DNA of 64,000 nt from Eledone cirrhosa (lineage: Eukaryota), in assembly GCA_964016885.1 (NCBI GenBank), contig OZ024744.1:117118001-117182000 (forward strand). Direction: 5' to 3'. Of the stretch, positions 59,993-64,000 are shown one piece after another. The notes below the pieces were generated by a model. It made no database searches and was not told the origin of the DNA. It saw only the letters and a program-made list of their open reading frames with translations. A program made the translations under genes and the position numbers. Every line of letters begins with the position of its first letter. Within the stretch, counting starts at the first letter, position 1.

Positions 59993-60298
59993 GCCTTGCA
60001 ATCGAAAGGTTGTGAGTTCAATTCAGACCGGGTGATGTGTTGTTTCCTTGAGCAAGACACTTTATTTCACATTGCTCCAGTTTACTCAGCTGTAGAAATG
60101 AGATGATAGGGACTGGGTTCCCTATCATTCCACTGCAAAGTGGACGTGTAGGCGCCGCGGCAAAAAAAGCACCCAGCACTCACTGAGAAATGAGGTTGGT
60201 GTTAGGAAGGGCATCCAGCTGTAGAAATCAAGCCAGAATCAGTTCCCGTCCCACCCTTGCAAGCAGGGAAAAGCGGACGTAAAATGAAATGATGATGA
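59993..60298 (+). mobile_element. CORE-type SINE, 5'-truncated
   Basis: Matches 40688-41000. Confidence 0.85.
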
Positions 60299-60637
60299 TT
60301 AATTCAAAATATTAACCTAATAATTTTTATTATTTACGATATGATTAATGTTGGATTAAGGGTTCTACATAAACATATAAACTCTTAACATGATCTTTTG
60401 ATGAGTATGCATATCATTTGATTGTTTAAATACATTTAATTTTTCGGGGTTTATTGTATTTTTAAAATATATAGCTTATATGTTTGACAATTATATGGAA
60501 TCGTAAACCATTCATTTATTTATTTTGAATATGTTTTATGATTCAAGAAGTTTGATTTGTATATTTATAGTATATATGTATTACATGATCCTAGTTGAAT
60601 AATTTTTTAATATAATACTTAACAGTAATTATATTTA

Positions 60638-61591
60638 TTATGAAAGGCAGGTTATACGATGCCTGCATACGAACAGCAATGCTGCATGGCAGTGAGACCT
60701 GGGCATTGTGTGCAGAGGATATACGCAGACTAGAGAGGAACGAAGCTTGCATGCTCCGCTGGATGTGCAATAGTAATATACGTGAACGGCAAAGCATAAA
60801 CGAACTAAGGAAAAAATTAGAAATAAGAGGGATCAGATGTTGTTTACTCGAGAGAAGGCTACGTTGGTACGGTCACGTGATGCGCATGAAAGACGACAGC
60901 TGTATAACAAAGTGCAGGGCAATAAAGATAGACGGTAGCCACGGAGTAGGCAGACCCAGAAAAACATGGGACGAGCTGATAAATTCCGACCTCACACGCT
61001 TACACCTCTCCAAGACAATGTCACTGGACCGAGACCTTTGGCGGTACTCAGTAATAGAGAAGACCCGCCTTACCTAAATACAAAGTAAAAACCTACTACA
61101 GTCAGTAGGCACCTCTATCAAAACACACCCCCGTCCCACCACCTCCACCCCACCCACACCGCCCCTTTCAATGTAAAGTTATGTTGGTCCCACAACATCC
61201 AAACCGAAACAAATGAGATCGTGTAGGTGTCACGACAAAAAACACACAGTCCACGCTGTAAATGTGGCCGTGTAGGCAACACGGTAAAAACCTCCCAGCC
61301 CCACACTGTAAATGTGGTTGGTGTTAGGAAGGGCATCCAGCTGTAGAAAACTCGCCAGACAGTCCACGCTGTAATGTGGCCGTGTAGGCAACACGGTAAA
61401 AACCTCCCAGCCCCACACTGTAAATGTGGTTGGTGTTAGGAAGGGCATCCAACTGTAGAAAACCCGCCAGACAGTCCTATGCGAGCAAGACAACCACTCT
61501 TGCCTCAAGTGGGAAAACCCCCGTCCAAACCCATGCAAGCGTGGAACACGGACGCTAAACCTGATGATGATGATGATGATGATGATGATGA
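60638..61591 (+). mobile_element. RTE LINE 3' fragment with duplicated 3' UTR segment
   Basis: ORF 60640-61077; (GAT)n tail; paralog of 21052-21768. Confidence 0.9.
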
Positions 61592-62623
61592 CTAATATCA
61601 TCTTAATCTTAAACTTTAAACAATGTACTATAAATTTAGACAAATGCGTATATCTAGTTTAATAATATTCTTTTTAAGTACACTTATATGGCCTTTGGAT
61701 ACTTATGGGCATTCTAATTTTAAATTTATAATTGTAATTATTTTCTAAATTATATAATGATTATTTTTTAATATAAAAATTTTTTTTAATATAATTTAAT
61801 TTGGATTACCTGCGGGATGAAGAAAATATTAAGTCTTTTCTTTCTCATGTTTGCAAACACTTTAAATATGATATTATACTATAATATAAATACTTATACA
61901 TTTTATAGTCAGAAATCATATGCCATTAGATTAATTCACTATTTCAAACTAACATAAAGATTCGAAATTTAACGGTCATCCGGATGCGCCGGGCAATATA
62001 TATTTGATTAATTGACTATTTCTAATTAACTTAAGGATTCGAAAATAAACCGTCATATAACTACACCCAGAAATATATTTGATATTTTGATTGATTGACT
62101 ATTTCTAAATAATTTAACGATTCAAAATTATTCATTCACAAAGCTATACCCAAATATATATTTTTACATCATCTAATTATACGCTGTTTATCCATAACAA
62201 TACAAGTCCCCCTCCCTGTGTTTTATACTATAAAACTTATTTTCTCCTCCTCTACTCTCTATCCTTAATCAATTTTCTTTTGCTTTCGTGCATAACATAT
62301 TCTATATTTCTAGTCATTCTCTCTTTCCTCATCTGTTTTTCTCTCTCTGTCTTTCACTTCCCCTTTCTACAATAATGTGTTATTCATATATTACTTTATT
62401 TAAATTATTTAAATTTCTAATAGTTATGTAGGTTTATATTATATTAGTAGTTATTTATTATTATGTATCTTTATAAGCTTTCTCACACGCACCCTCTGTA
62501 CTATATGTAATTTTTTCCTGTCTCAATCTTAAGGTATATAAATATTGAGTTTTGTCCTATCTTATTCACTGCCATGACTGAATTTTAACCATCTACTAAG
62601 TCAAGGTATGTCAAGCATCATCT

Positions 62624-62690
62624 TATTTTATCTGATGAGGAGGTACTGTTGAAGGTAGCTCAGTACCTCTGAAATATGTATAATAAAATA
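62624..62690 (+). ncRNA. Minimal type I hammerhead ribozyme
   Basis: tattttat-CUGAUGA-ggaggtactg ttgaaggtagct cagtacctct-GAAA-tatgta-UA-ataaaata; 8-bp stem I, 10-bp stem II. Confidence 0.82.
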
Positions 62691-62832
62691 TACTTGATCA
62701 CACGAATGTCTATATTTGTTAATATTTTGAATTAATATTAATAACTCCGGAAAACCATTACTGTGGAGTGCTTCTAATCTATTGTAAAACTTTATTCATT
62801 GATTTATTCATTGAACTTTGTTTAACCTTTAA

Positions 62833-62868
62833 TTATATATATATATATATACACACATGTACACACAC

Positions 62869-62919
<51 letters not shown>

Positions 62920-63460
62920 TAGGCAATATGCAGAAGAAAAAGAAAAGACAACAGAAAAAAACAAGCATCATCATCATTGTCATCATCATCATCAACAACA
63001 ACAACGTCATGATCATCAACATCATTACCATCATCATCATCATCATCATCATCACGACCATCATCATCAACAGCAGCAATGATACTTTAAAATAAGGGAT
63101 TTCTTCCTCTTCTTCCATTGATATCTAGTTGGTAGAGATCCCTGTAGTATAATTGTTGATAACTACCTTTAACTTAGAGAGAGGGGGGGAGTATATATGT
63201 ATATATATAGAGAGAGAGGAGGGAGAGAGCAGAGAGTGGAAGGGGGAGAGAGCAGAGAGGGGAAGGGGGAGAAAGTAGAGAGGGCGAGAGAGTAGAGAGG
63301 GAAGGGAGGAGAGAATAGAGAGGGGAAGGGGGAGAGAGTAGAGAGGGAAGGGGGGAAAGTGTATATATATAGAGAGAGAGCGAGGAGGGAGAGAGCAGAG
63401 AGTGGAAGGGGGAGAGAGGGAGGGGGAGAGAGTAGAGAGGGAGGGAAGGGGGGGAGAGTG

Positions 63461-63492
<32 letters not shown>

Positions 63493-64000
63493 TCTTTCTG
63501 GCAAATATCCCAAAATGGATTTAACAGATTCCATAGCAAACACCCAGCTGAAAACAACCTCTTCTCTTATAGAATCTCTCTCTCTCAATCAAACATCTTT
63601 CTCTCTCTCTCTCTTTCAAACATCTTTCTCTCTCTCTCTCTCACTAACACCCCCCCCCCTCTCCTCACTACCCCCCCCCCCCCCTCCCCAATCTATCTAT
63701 TTCTCACCAACATCCAGGATTGGCTACACTGCATTGTGAAGTATCTGCAGTGACAGATCACCATTATCATCATCATCATCATCATCATCACTAATCACTA
63801 TCATGATCACCACCACCACCACCACCACTACCACCACTACCACCACTATCACCATCATCACTATCACTATCATGATCATCACCACCACCACCACCACTAT
63901 CACCATCATCACTATCACTATCATGATCACCACCACCACCACCACCACCACCACCACCACCACCACCACCACCATCATCACTATCACTATCATGATCACC
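62833..64000. repeat. Cluster of simple repeats: (TA)n, (CAT/CAA)n, GA-rich, (CT)n, (CAC/CAT)n
   Basis: Read directly from the sequence. Confidence 0.9.

Noticed and set aside
62768-63082. His/Gln-rich ORF as a host exon
   Set aside because: CAT/CAA simple repeat ending in a stop with no clear splice sites. It cannot be excluded but is unsupported.

Overview
AT-rich, repeat-dominated animal genomic DNA. The SINE/LINE repertoire and the TA/CA/GAT microsatellite load suggest a cephalopod (Octopus-like), which is inference only. The window appears to be mostly introns of one + strand host gene, with three phase-compatible exons at about 18.1, 39.0 and 52.9 kb that encode a low-complexity protein with phosphotyrosine and SH3-binding motifs. 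The introns contain: an apparently intact two-ORF Tx1/L1-clade retrotransposon (32.4-38.0 kb) inside a 72-bp minisatellite that itself lies in a piggyBac-like MITE; many decayed RTE LINEs and their CORE-type SINEs; a CR1 3' end; a nested hAT (Buster-like) element; a DD37D Tc1/mariner; a non-autonomous Helitron; Penelope-like GIY-YIG remnants; and about ten minisatellites. The most striking unannotated signal is a set of minimal type I hammerhead ribozyme (HHR) motifs: 8 with complete canonical cores, 1 non-canonical, and several degenerate or half copies. Most sit in fold-back (inverted-repeat) Penelope-derived elements, and one 95-bp tandem array carries HHR core motifs in each unit. All pairings were read by eye and no folding or database search was run.
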